From the NCBI GenBank assembly GCA_044376115.1, contig JBILLK010000036.1, positions 42,169-106,168 on the forward strand: 64,000 nucleotides of DNA, read 5' to 3'. This stretch comes from Polyangiaceae bacterium. GTDB taxonomy: Bacteria > Myxococcota_A > Polyangia > Polyangiales > Polyangiaceae. Under the pieces are notes generated by a model. That model saw only the letters and a program-made list of their open reading frames with translations. It was not told the DNA's origin and did not search any database. Position numbers and translations under genes: made by a program. Numbering within the stretch: the first letter of the stretch is position 1; the number at the start of each line of letters is the position of its first letter. This document shows, in pieces, positions 31,701 to 40,142 of this stretch.

Positions 31701-31972
31701 TCGATCCGGTGGAGCTCGACGTGCGCGCTGACGTGTACGCCCTCGCCGGCACGGTCTACAACGTGACCACCGGCCGCGCGCTCTTCGATGACATCGAGAA
31801 CTCGCGCGACCGCATCATCGCGCACATGCGCCGTGATCCATTTGAAGACGCTACGCGGCTCGCCGGTTATCCGGCCGGCATCGCGCGTTTGCTCAAAGTC
31901 GCCACCAGCCTCTCCCCCGCCGACCGGCCGAGCCCGATGGAGTTCGCACGCGAGTTCTCCGCCGCTCTTTGA
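28703..31972 (+). CDS. Ser/Thr kinase with large N-terminal helical (HEAT/ARM-like) region
   Basis: C-terminal LGEGGIGSVW, VLK, HRDIKPAN, DFG, APE; about 790 aa Ala/Leu-rich N-terminus. Confidence 0.9.
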   Translation: MSAETLHDAVLKLSSFLESGEDRYEPLLSWLRGAEAAEEEVAQAVNVARAELLGSLALAEEAPDWLLPSARITLLAAQADSSRHDVLFSVLLGALKSHAPAHEIEAAARARIINGPLVDALSCLPFLGGGEALLLHENREAVARLEILIWEAGASAREVPSLGAWLWASSETFQVMVEAPAHSTLLGRVLAARTLEVSASGMPPHADPVLVGKTLQILQPLLLHPEPLVWVHAARALGRLTGPLMQLEGTLLDWVLGDTKILRQRATTAFASLPADRLSFLASQLISLVDAPDEDGWVLAAVAAATPYLYFEKKNVWDRLHARIVRGDGGAVSARALARGLATLWRRGHREPEVEAALRGLRDRARAVRPASLEELRRWIEVIAVTDPIDGAERDPLDLELGLENLMRLAAQYDDHEADARAARFASALHANLKEASRIALSDGRLRVRAGAINALEGCARAFALRLWGPLLATSPQEERLEEPDLLPTWKLMVEMPANILDRVAEKRARGEADPQVDDALEVLALRLGGYALDSCGTDGDRGATANDTCLWLRKVDGLVGGSRELPAPLKSALSSLFWRLVDTTRGTALGEVDDVRWLGPFAAWWALVIDRPAVLLQLATALPLIADGALALCCDKAQTLRSAVSSGGGDGEWAADALGALKVLHADGTALAHALSSLAQALVEMKSASGRSQDLEARALKLVLAGSRLHGALADPMRALHEASEQTAEDSLERSSTENAPRVATLVVRAIRARELSMLDVWLASLGPVTAPLLESSLRAAIGRTPPPPPTKKKEPKVIEGYELVKPLGEGGIGSVWLVRKPGADRLFVLKIPKAEALASANDVEREGILASFVEEAKALAGLYHPNVANIIDRGVSSDVPFLVLEYLIGADLKQYSFAKKMTLFEVRQVVLDSCAGLAALHNAGLVHRDIKPANIWLRLPLAGGEQFDPKKHRDPAQVPPLSTVVIDFGMVRATRVAAEVGGKFVAGTAGYIAPEQVLDPVELDVRADVYALAGTVYNVTTGRALFDDIENSRDRIIAHMRRDPFEDATRLAGYPAGIARLLKVATSLSPADRPSPMEFAREFSAAL

Positions 31973-32098
31973 GCGACAGTGCCACGCTGCCCGCGCTGTT
32001 TTCACCGCGTCCGGCGGTGCGGCGCACGCGGGTGCGGCGCGTTGAGGTCTGCTGGCCGTTGCTTACCATCGAGTGCTCTCGTAATCCTCAGTAACAAC

Positions 32099-35000
32099 AT
32101 GGCAAGAACAGCGCCCGTTCCTAATATCCCGCCCCTTCCAGGCATGTGCCCAAGCATCGCCGTATTGGCGGGCGGCGGTGACGGCGGAGGGGGGGGGGGG
32201 GGGGGGGCAAAGGCGCTGGCAACGGGAATGGGGGCGGTCCCGGCAGTGGAGACGGGTCGGGGGATGGCGCCAACGGTGACGGCACCGGCTCGGGAACGTG
32301 CGGGCAGGGCGCTGGAGGTTCATGCACCAACTGCACCTCCGGAACTGCGGCCGGTGACCCCGTGGACGTACTTACTGGCGAGGTGTTCACTCACCCTAAG
32401 ACAGATCTGTTTCTGCCCGGCCCCTTCAATCTGCAGATTGACCGCACTTACAGCTCATTTGCCACCCGACGCGATGTAGGGCTCGGTTGGGGCTGGACCC
32501 ATTCGCTCGCTTGGAGCGGCGAGATCCGTCGCGAGGAGATCGTGATTTGGAACGGACTCGGTCAAACCATCTCCTTTCCCAAGCTGCCAAACGTGGGTGA
32601 CAGCTCCTCTCTCGGCGGCTGGTCCCTTTTGCGCGGTAGTAACTGTTATGTACTGCGCGCGGGCGATGAGTTTTTGCACATCTTTGGGCGAAATCCAGAG
32701 GCGCGCGACGAGCTGCTGCTGCTCTCAATCAAGTATCGAAACCTGGGTGAGTTTGAGCTGCGCTATCAGCGCGGGAAGCTAACGGAGGTGATCGACGCCG
32801 CAGGCCGAACTGTGCAGTTCGTCCGAGATGTGTCGGGGCGCATCGCGGCCCTCCAGGTCCCCTCGCCAAGTGGCCAATCCCTCGTATTTTCTCGCTATAG
32901 CTATGATCAAGCCGGCAATCTAAGCGAAGCAATCGATGCCGATGGGAACCGCTGGGGCTACGCCTACGACGACCTACATCGCTTGACGACGATGGCCGTT
33001 CCGGGACCGCCCGGCCTGTTGTTCCGCTATTGCTATGATGCCAAAGGGCGCTGTTATGAGACTTGGGGCGAGCGAGAAGATGGCCTCGCCGAGCCGTGCC
33101 TAGTGCCTAATCTCCCGGCCTTGTTGGCCGATGGGCGTACCAAGGCGAAGGGGATCCTGCACGCCTCCATCGAATTTGGTGAAGATGGTTACGTGGAGGT
33201 CGCCGACTCCGTTCGAGTTCAGCGGTTCTTCGCTGGTACCGCAGGCAAGACCGAGAAGGCGATCAATGGCCGAGGGGGAGTCACAAGTCGGCAGATCGAT
33301 CCGGAGGGCAACATAACCGCGCACACAGACGCGAACGGAGCAACTTGGACCTATGTCTATGATGACGTAGGCCAGGTAATCGATGCTACCGACGCCGAAG
33401 GGCGTCGCGTCCGCTACACCCGCGACGGCGAAGGCCGCATCCTGCGCGCTCAAGATGGCACTGGCCGGGTCTTTGAGTACGGCCGAAACGCGCACGGCCA
33501 CATCGAGTGGGTGCGTAGTCCCAAAGGTGGAATGACCATTCACCGCTACGACAGTCGCGGTCTCCTGTCCGAAAGCACGGACCCATCTGGTCGTCGGACT
33601 CGCTACGAGCGCGATAGCCACGGAAACGTCACCCGCGTGATTCACCCCAACCAATCGAGCACTGTGCTCACCTACGACTTCTGGGGCCGGCGGACGAAGG
33701 AAACACTGCCGGATGGCCGAACCTTTAATTATCTATTCAGCGCGTCAGGAAAGATCATTGAAGCCCGGGATGATTTGGGACGGAGCCGCCAGTTTGCTTA
33801 TGATGCATTGGGCAACGTGCTTCAAGAACGTGAGGCCGACGGCTCCGGCTGGCTACACCGCATGGGAGGACTTGGCTGGCTTGCCTCTTCCAAAGACCCG
33901 CTAGGCGGCGAGGTTCGTGGTTTCTATAACCGTGAAGGTTGGCTGGTAACGATAGTCAATGAGCGCGGAGAGACGACAGAACACGAACACAACGCGACTG
34001 GCGTAGTGGTGAGGCAGAAAACCTTTGATGGCCGGGTGGTGCGCTATCTGAGAGATGCACGGGATTACATCGTCGCGATCGTCGACGCCGCCGGCAAGAC
34101 CACGATCGAGCGAAACAAGGTGGGCCAGATAACGTCCATCGTTGGCCCCGACGGCTCTGCACGCGAGTTCGAGTACGACCAAAGCGGCGCGCTCGCGGTG
34201 GCGCGCGCACCCGGAACGGCAATGAGCTGGCAGCGAGATGCCGACGGCGAGATTTTGAGGGAGACCGTAACCGTCAACGGCAGCAACTACTTTGTTGAGA
34301 CATCGCGGGATCTGATGGGCCGCCGGCTGCTCACGCAAACCAGCCTTGGACATGTCGTCGAGGTTAAACGCGACGAATCTGGCGACCCTCAAGAACTGAT
34401 TGCCGATGGTGGCGAGGTCGTGCGCTTCAAGCGGGACGCAATGGGCTGGCCACTCAGGCGCGAGCTTCCGCGTGGCGGCGCTATCGTCGATGAACTCGAC
34501 GGCGCGGGACGGCTGAGGAAACGGTCGGTGCAAACGGCCGGGGCTGAAGCGCGCGCTCGATCTGACGAGCCAGCCTACCTCGGTACCCGAGACCAGGCCG
34601 TTGAGAAGGCTTATCAGTATAGCCCTGTTGATGAGCTCGTGAGCGTCACTACCTCTGATGGCGGCACCATCGAGTTTGAGTATGATCTACGGCATCAACT
34701 CCTCAATCGGCGCTCGCGAACCGACAATGAGAGCTTTCAGTACGACGCGGTGGGCAACCCGCTGGAGGCAGGTGTGACGCCTGTGCATCGCGAGTACGAT
34801 GCGGGTTCACGCCTCAAAGTACGAGGCAGTGTTGAATACGAGTACGATACCCGGGGGCGAGTCGCTGCTAAGCACACGCAACTGAGCGACGGTAAGCGTC
34901 AATCCACTCGCTATCATTATGATGCCTTTAACCTGCTCCGCTCGGTTGAGCTGCCCGATGGGCTGGTCATCAACAATGTTTACGACGCGTTTGCGCGGAG

Positions 35001-36051
35001 AATCGAGAAGCGCGTCAGCAAGAGGCAGGGTGCTCGAGTAAACCTGGTCTCGACAACGCACTATATCTGGGATCAGGTCAGCGTCGTTCACCAGATCGAG
35101 AGTCGGTTCAAAGGCGTGCGTGAGGTGACGACCTTCCTCTATGAGACGCCCGAAGACACGGTGCCGATCGCTGAACGGCAGCAGGATACGGGGGATTGGC
35201 TGCACTACGTGCATGAGGTGAGCGGGGCCCCAGAGGAGGTGGTCGACAGTGAAGGCCGACTGGTCGCCCGCGCCAAGCACTCGGTGTACGGCCTGTGGCG
35301 CTGGTCCTCCGATGGCGGCGTGCAGGCCAAGGTTCCCTTCCGCTTCCCTGGCCAAATGGCTGATGCCGAGACTGGCCTATTCTATAATCGCTATCGGACC
35401 TATGACCCAGAGACTGGGCGTTACCTGACTCCTGACCCGTTGGGGTTAGACGGCGGCTTCAATTTATACAGCTATGGTCCCAACCCGGTTGGTTGGTTCG
35501 ATCCAATGGGCTGGCACACCATGAACGTGACGAAGAAGCCAGATGGCTTCAACGCTACCCATGCGACCGACAAGAAGGCAAAAGGCGGTCCCCAGTATGA
35601 GTCGGGCATGGACAACTGCCCCGGTGGACCGCCTCAGAGTGAAAACCTGAAGTCTCGAGCTCGCTGCCACACCGAACAGAAATTCGCCCACGACCTGATA
35701 AAGTCGGGCAAGAAGTTCAAGGACAAGGACTTCACGCTCACCGGGGAATTACCACCATGCCCCAATTGCCACCGAGCGCTTCAGCACGCCTCAGACGAGT
35801 CTGGCGCTAATGTGCAATACCAATGGAAGGGGCCTGGCGGTGAGATGCAAACGATCACCTACAAGCCGAAGACGCCCCCCACTGGAAGTGGAAGTCAGGC
35901 GACGCAGCTCGTCTCCGCAGACGGTACCAAAGGTGCCTACAAGACCACTGCCGATACGGATCGACGGAACGGCTATCGGTATAACGACTACGGTAAGGCC
36001 TCCTCCACCTATACGAAGCTCTCAGGCCAACTGGACAATGACGAGGATTGA
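32099..36051 (+). CDS. rhs: Rhs/YD-repeat polymorphic toxin (DUF6531 + Rhs core + deaminase CT), frameshifted at poly-G 32189-32207
   Basis: MARTAPVPNIPPLPGM start, GDPVDVLTGE, YD repeats, RFPGQ..D.ETGLFYNRYRTYDPETGRYLTPDPLG, NPVGWFDPMG, CT with HTE...PPCPNC. Confidence 0.92.
32189..32207 (+). repeat. G19 homopolymer tract
   Basis: Counted directly from the sequence. Confidence 0.9.
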
Positions 36052-36054
36052 CCG

Positions 36055-36840
36055 TTAGCCCTCAAACGGGGGTAGCTTTAGCTGGCCTGCGTCAACGGCA
36101 CGCGCTGCCTCTTGCCACCCCTCGAACTCCCAGGCTCCGACTTCACTCGAGTAAGTGCGAACGCGAGCCCCGTAGCGGCGCGCTGCACCGCAGCCCAGTT
36201 CGGGCAACCCTAGAATCAAACTCGGTGCTGCTGCCAGGTCGACAACGACGAGCGGAGCACCCCCGATCAGCACGCGTCCATCCACGACCACATAGCCGCC
36301 AGCAAATGGAAAACTAGCCTCGAAGCGAAGTTTACCAGCCTCTAGCTTGGCGACCACCAACACCCCATCGTTGGTGCTGTCTTCAACCAGCACGCGCCCA
36401 CCTTGCAGGTAGTTTATCGCGTAGAGCCGAGAGGCCTCTGTAAGAGGGTAGCCCTCGAGTTGAAGCTTTTTGAAGCCACCTGTCTCCAGGTCGAGCTCGA
36501 ACAACTCGCCCAGATCAGCCGTTAGGATGGCTTTGCCGGCAGCTTCAGCAAAGTCGATGTCGTGGAAGGCCGGCAAGTCTTGGGCGACACGCAACTTCTC
36601 TTTGTAAAGCCAGTGAAGACGATGCCGGGTCTCCTTGGATTTCTTCTTTCCGCGGGTCACCACAACGGTCTCTTTGACCGTGGTGTACCACGTGCCCGCT
36701 GGTGAACAGCGCACCTCCTCCGACTCCGCCGGGAAGCGCGCTGCTACCTCTGCCGGAACCACTGATAGTGGGTCATCCTCAACGTTGGCAAAGTCACCAA
36801 CCTTGCTAGCTCGAAGGTAAGGCCCGGCGTCGATCTTCAT
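36055..36840 (-). CDS. Hypothetical protein
   Basis: 261-aa ORF convergent with rhs. Confidence 0.7.
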   Translation of the reverse strand: MKIDAGPYLRASKVGDFANVEDDPLSVVPAEVAARFPAESEEVRCSPAGTWYTTVKETVVVTRGKKKSKETRHRLHWLYKEKLRVAQDLPAFHDIDFAEAAGKAILTADLGELFELDLETGGFKKLQLEGYPLTEASRLYAINYLQGGRVLVEDSTNDGVLVVAKLEAGKLRFEASFPFAGGYVVVDGRVLIGGAPLVVVDLAAAPSLILGLPELGCGAARRYGARVRTYSSEVGAWEFEGWQEAARAVDAGQLKLPPFEG

Positions 36841-36873
36841 GTTGCTCGTTCTCGCAGGTGCGACACGGGCGCG

Positions 36874-37662
36874 TCAAGAACACCCGTTCTCGTGGCAGCG
36901 CGCTGCCTCGTTCAGAACGCAGCGCACCCAGCGGCTGAGCGCCTCTCCTGCGTCCTCATCGTCGAGGTCGTCCGCGTCATCGGCTATGACGTCATAGCGT
37001 TCACTGCGCGCGGCAAGCGCAAGCACGATTTCACTCTCTGACTGCAGCGGCAGGAGCACACCTGGGCGAAGTCTGCCAACCTCATTGGTCCACTCGGGCG
37101 AGTGCAGGTTTGCCAGACCGAAACGTGAAGTCATTTCAGAGGCCTTCGCGCGGGGGTTGAAACTGACGAAGAAGCTACCCTCACCGCCATCGCGACGTAC
37201 GAACTCTAGCTCGGCATCGCTAGGCAAGCGAAAGCCAGCCTGTTCGGCGAGCGAGAGCGCCGTGCTTTGCTCTGGCGTGTCATGGTCGACCCTATTGTTC
37301 GAGATGCGTCGATAGTCTGCTGAAGTGAGCGGACTTACCGTCATCAGTAGCGGGTCGACGTGGCGCAGCTCTCGCGTGGAGCATCCAGCTGCGATCTCAC
37401 CTAGCTCCTGCTCTGTCGTTGGGTAGCCAAAGCCTTGAAGCGCTTGTCTGTCGCGCGGTCCGAACCCCGCCTCAAACCACCCTCCAGCAACGAAGCGGAA
37501 GGCGAGTTGCGTCGTACGGTGGAGAAAGAACGGCTCATTGGCGCTGTCGGTGAGCAGCTGAAAGTCTGCGAGCAGCTCCGCGAGTTGCTGGAGTTTGTGC
37601 GAGCGCTCGCTGAGGCGCAACGTGCGCCAAACGGAGAGGTCGAACCAAGGGGCGGTGCTCAC
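36874..37662 (-). CDS. FGE-sulfatase (SUMF1)-like domain protein, possible immunity protein
   Basis: FRFVAGGWFEAG, GFRLPSDAELEF..R.GG, RFGLANL..EW; start uncertain. Confidence 0.65.
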   Translation of the reverse strand: MSTAPWFDLSVWRTLRLSERSHKLQQLAELLADFQLLTDSANEPFFLHRTTQLAFRFVAGGWFEAGFGPRDRQALQGFGYPTTEQELGEIAAGCSTRELRHVDPLLMTVSPLTSADYRRISNNRVDHDTPEQSTALSLAEQAGFRLPSDAELEFVRRDGGEGSFFVSFNPRAKASEMTSRFGLANLHSPEWTNEVGRLRPGVLLPLQSESEIVLALAARSERYDVIADDADDLDDEDAGEALSRWVRCVLNEAARCHENGCS

Positions 37663-37730
37663 TGCGAGCAGCTTATCGCGATAGCGTCGGAACACGTTGC
37701 CCACGCATCGATCTACTCGTAGAACGCACC

Positions 37731-38804
37731 ATGCTCGATTGGACATTCGGGTTCGCACCTGGGTCCCGGCCAAGTCAGTCGGACTATACCGAGCAAGCTC
37801 AACGGGCGGCGGAGCAGGGCGACTACGCGCTCGCACTTCAACAGCTCGCAGGGGCCTTCTCCTTTGATCCAAGCGCGATGCATCCACGAACGGTGTTCTC
37901 CCTCGTGCTCGCCAAGGTCAGCCACCCGGCTAGGTTGCTACCGCTCAAGGGCAGCGTCTTTTTTGGAGTGGTGGCACTGCACGCAGCGGTTCTCGCTCAC
38001 GAGTCCCAACTGTCCAAGGCACTGACTCTGCTTATGCGGGTCGTCGAGTTTCGACCTGAGATCGGCTACCTCGCTTGGGCTGTCGAGTGGTGCCAAGAAA
38101 AGTCGATTCGAGGTGTGAGTGTGGCTGAGCTGTTGGGTTTGTTCGCCAGTGCTCTTCAGCAAGCTGAGTATTCACCAGATACCCGCGGGCTCGTGGTGAA
38201 CCTCGAATCCCTCGTGGCCTTGGCTTCTGCATTTGCCCAAGCTCGACCAGCTCTCGAACGCCAACTCACGGTGATAGCTGTCCGCGCTCAAGAACTTATG
38301 GACCGGCGAATGGACCCGGTTGCCGAGGCGATTCGACATTGTTTGCGGCGATACGATGAGACCGAGATGTCGAGCCGAACGGCCGTCGTTAGGCTCCGCC
38401 TGCGAGGGTCGTTGGTGACACCTTCGGCTCGTACGCTCTTTCGCGCAGCCCTTCATGCGCGCGGCCGAACCGGAGCGCTACTCGTCGATGACGACGTGGT
38501 CTCTGAAGTTGCGCGACCTGAGGACCACGCAGCGCTCGCGGCTCAAGTGGGCGAGACGATGGCCATGCTTTCGGATGGGCGCCAGCCATCGTTGGAGCAG
38601 CTACGTGTTGCCTATGAGTGGCCAGTTCTTAGCGCGGATGAGGATCCCGTGGCGGCCTTCGAGCTTCAAAGACGCGACTTACTGCATTGTGCGCAGCGAC
38701 AGTTCCCGGTTCTCACGCAAGAGTGGTGCGAGCAATTGGCGCGCTCTTCCGACCACTGGGCAGCGCGCCCGGCGTTGGCACTGCGCAGGACACTTGATCG
38801 CTAA
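37731..38804 (+). CDS. Helical/TPR-like hypothetical protein
   Basis: AAEQGDYALALQQLAGAF, LLMRVVEFRPEIGYLAWA. Confidence 0.6.
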   Translation: MLDWTFGFAPGSRPSQSDYTEQAQRAAEQGDYALALQQLAGAFSFDPSAMHPRTVFSLVLAKVSHPARLLPLKGSVFFGVVALHAAVLAHESQLSKALTLLMRVVEFRPEIGYLAWAVEWCQEKSIRGVSVAELLGLFASALQQAEYSPDTRGLVVNLESLVALASAFAQARPALERQLTVIAVRAQELMDRRMDPVAEAIRHCLRRYDETEMSSRTAVVRLRLRGSLVTPSARTLFRAALHARGRTGALLVDDDVVSEVARPEDHAALAAQVGETMAMLSDGRQPSLEQLRVAYEWPVLSADEDPVAAFELQRRDLLHCAQRQFPVLTQEWCEQLARSSDHWAARPALALRRTLDR

Positions 38805-38969
38805 GCTGCGGCTTGTCTGTCGTTCAACCGAAGTTGATCGTCAATTGCGAACAGGCCCGGCTGAGCCACGTGCGGACGCACGAGCAACGGTGCGTTCTCC
38901 TGGGGCGAACTGGCGCGCTCGCTCCTGCGTGCACATACTCGGCGCCTCTATCACCGAGGAGTCTCTCGC

Positions 38970-40040
38970 ATGTTGTTTGATTCGTTTACGCTCGCTGGTC
39001 TCAAGCTCAACAATCGCATGGTGATGGCGCCGATGACGCGCTCGCGTTGTGTGGAGAACAACGCCCCCAACGCGTTGGTTGCCGAGCACTATGCGCAGCG
39101 TGCGAGCGCCGGGCTGATCATCACCGAGGGGACGTCCCCCTCGCCGAACGGGCTGGGTTATGCGCGTATCCCGGGGCTCTATTCTCCCGAACAGGTCGCT
39201 GGTTGGAAGTTGGTCGCGGAGGCGGTGCACGCCAAGGGCGGCAAGATCTTCGCCCAGCTGATGCACACCGGCCGCGTCAGTCACGCGCTGAACATGCCTG
39301 CTGGCGCTGAGGTCGTGGGCCCGACGGACGTCGCTTGCCCCGGTGACATGTACACCGACGCAAAGGGTCCGCAGCCGCACACGGCTCCGCGCGCGATGAA
39401 CGAGGCCGACATCGCCAAGGCCGTAGAAGAGTTCGCCACCGCGTCCAAGAACGCGATCGCGGCTGGGCTCGACGGCGTGGAGCTTCACGGCGCCAACGGC
39501 TACTTGATCGAGCAGTTCCTCAACGCCAACGTCAACACCCGCACCGACGGTTACGGCGGCTCCGCTGAAGCGCGCAATCGCTTCGCGATCGAGGTCGCCA
39601 AGGCGTGTGTCGCGGCCGTCGGTAAGGACAAGGTCGGCATTCGGCTTTCGCCCCACGGCGCCTTCAACGCGACCGGCCCGTTTGCCGGCGTTGACGAGCA
39701 ATACGTCGCTTTGGCGGCAGAGCTGGGCAAGCTCGGCCTCGCTTACGTCCACATGGTTGATCATTCGTCGATGGGTGCGCCGCCCGTCTCTCACGAGCTC
39801 AAGCAGAACGTGCGCAAGGCGTTCGGCGGTACCTTCATTCTCTCCGGCGGGTTCGACAAAGCGCGCGCCGAGGCCGAGCTCAGCGCAGGGGACGGCGATC
39901 TCGTGGCCTTCGCACGGTCCTTCTTGGCCAACCCGGATCTGGTCGAGCGGTTCCGCAAAGACGCCGCGCTGAACGCGCCCGACCCGAGCACCTTCTACAC
40001 CCCCGGGCCGAAGGGCTACACCGACTACCCCACGCTCTAA
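38970..40040 (+). CDS. nemA: Old yellow enzyme family alkene reductase (NemA-like)
   Basis: NRMVMAPMTRSR, YAQRASAGLIITEG, ELHGANGYL, RTDGYGGS, GYTDYP. Confidence 0.93.
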   Translation: MLFDSFTLAGLKLNNRMVMAPMTRSRCVENNAPNALVAEHYAQRASAGLIITEGTSPSPNGLGYARIPGLYSPEQVAGWKLVAEAVHAKGGKIFAQLMHTGRVSHALNMPAGAEVVGPTDVACPGDMYTDAKGPQPHTAPRAMNEADIAKAVEEFATASKNAIAAGLDGVELHGANGYLIEQFLNANVNTRTDGYGGSAEARNRFAIEVAKACVAAVGKDKVGIRLSPHGAFNATGPFAGVDEQYVALAAELGKLGLAYVHMVDHSSMGAPPVSHELKQNVRKAFGGTFILSGGFDKARAEAELSAGDGDLVAFARSFLANPDLVERFRKDAALNAPDPSTFYTPGPKGYTDYPTL

Positions 40041-40086
40041 CCGTCCCACCGTTCGTGGTGCGGCTCGTCCGCCCTACAAAAGACCG

Positions 40087-40122
40087 CGGCCCGTAACTCC
40101 TGCTCGGAGTTGCGGGCCGTTT
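40087..40122. terminator. Hairpin terminator between convergent genes
   Basis: Stem cggcccgtaactcc / ggagttgcgggccg with 5-nt loop, followed by TTT. Confidence 0.7.
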
Positions 40123-40142
40123 GCCTTTCAGCCGCTCGAGCG

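Noticed and set aside
36048..36317. + strand 89-aa ORF as Rhs immunity gene
   Set aside because: Lies almost entirely antisense to the more convincing 36055-36840 gene and has Arg/Pro-rich shadow-like composition; not fully excluded because it overlaps the rhs stop
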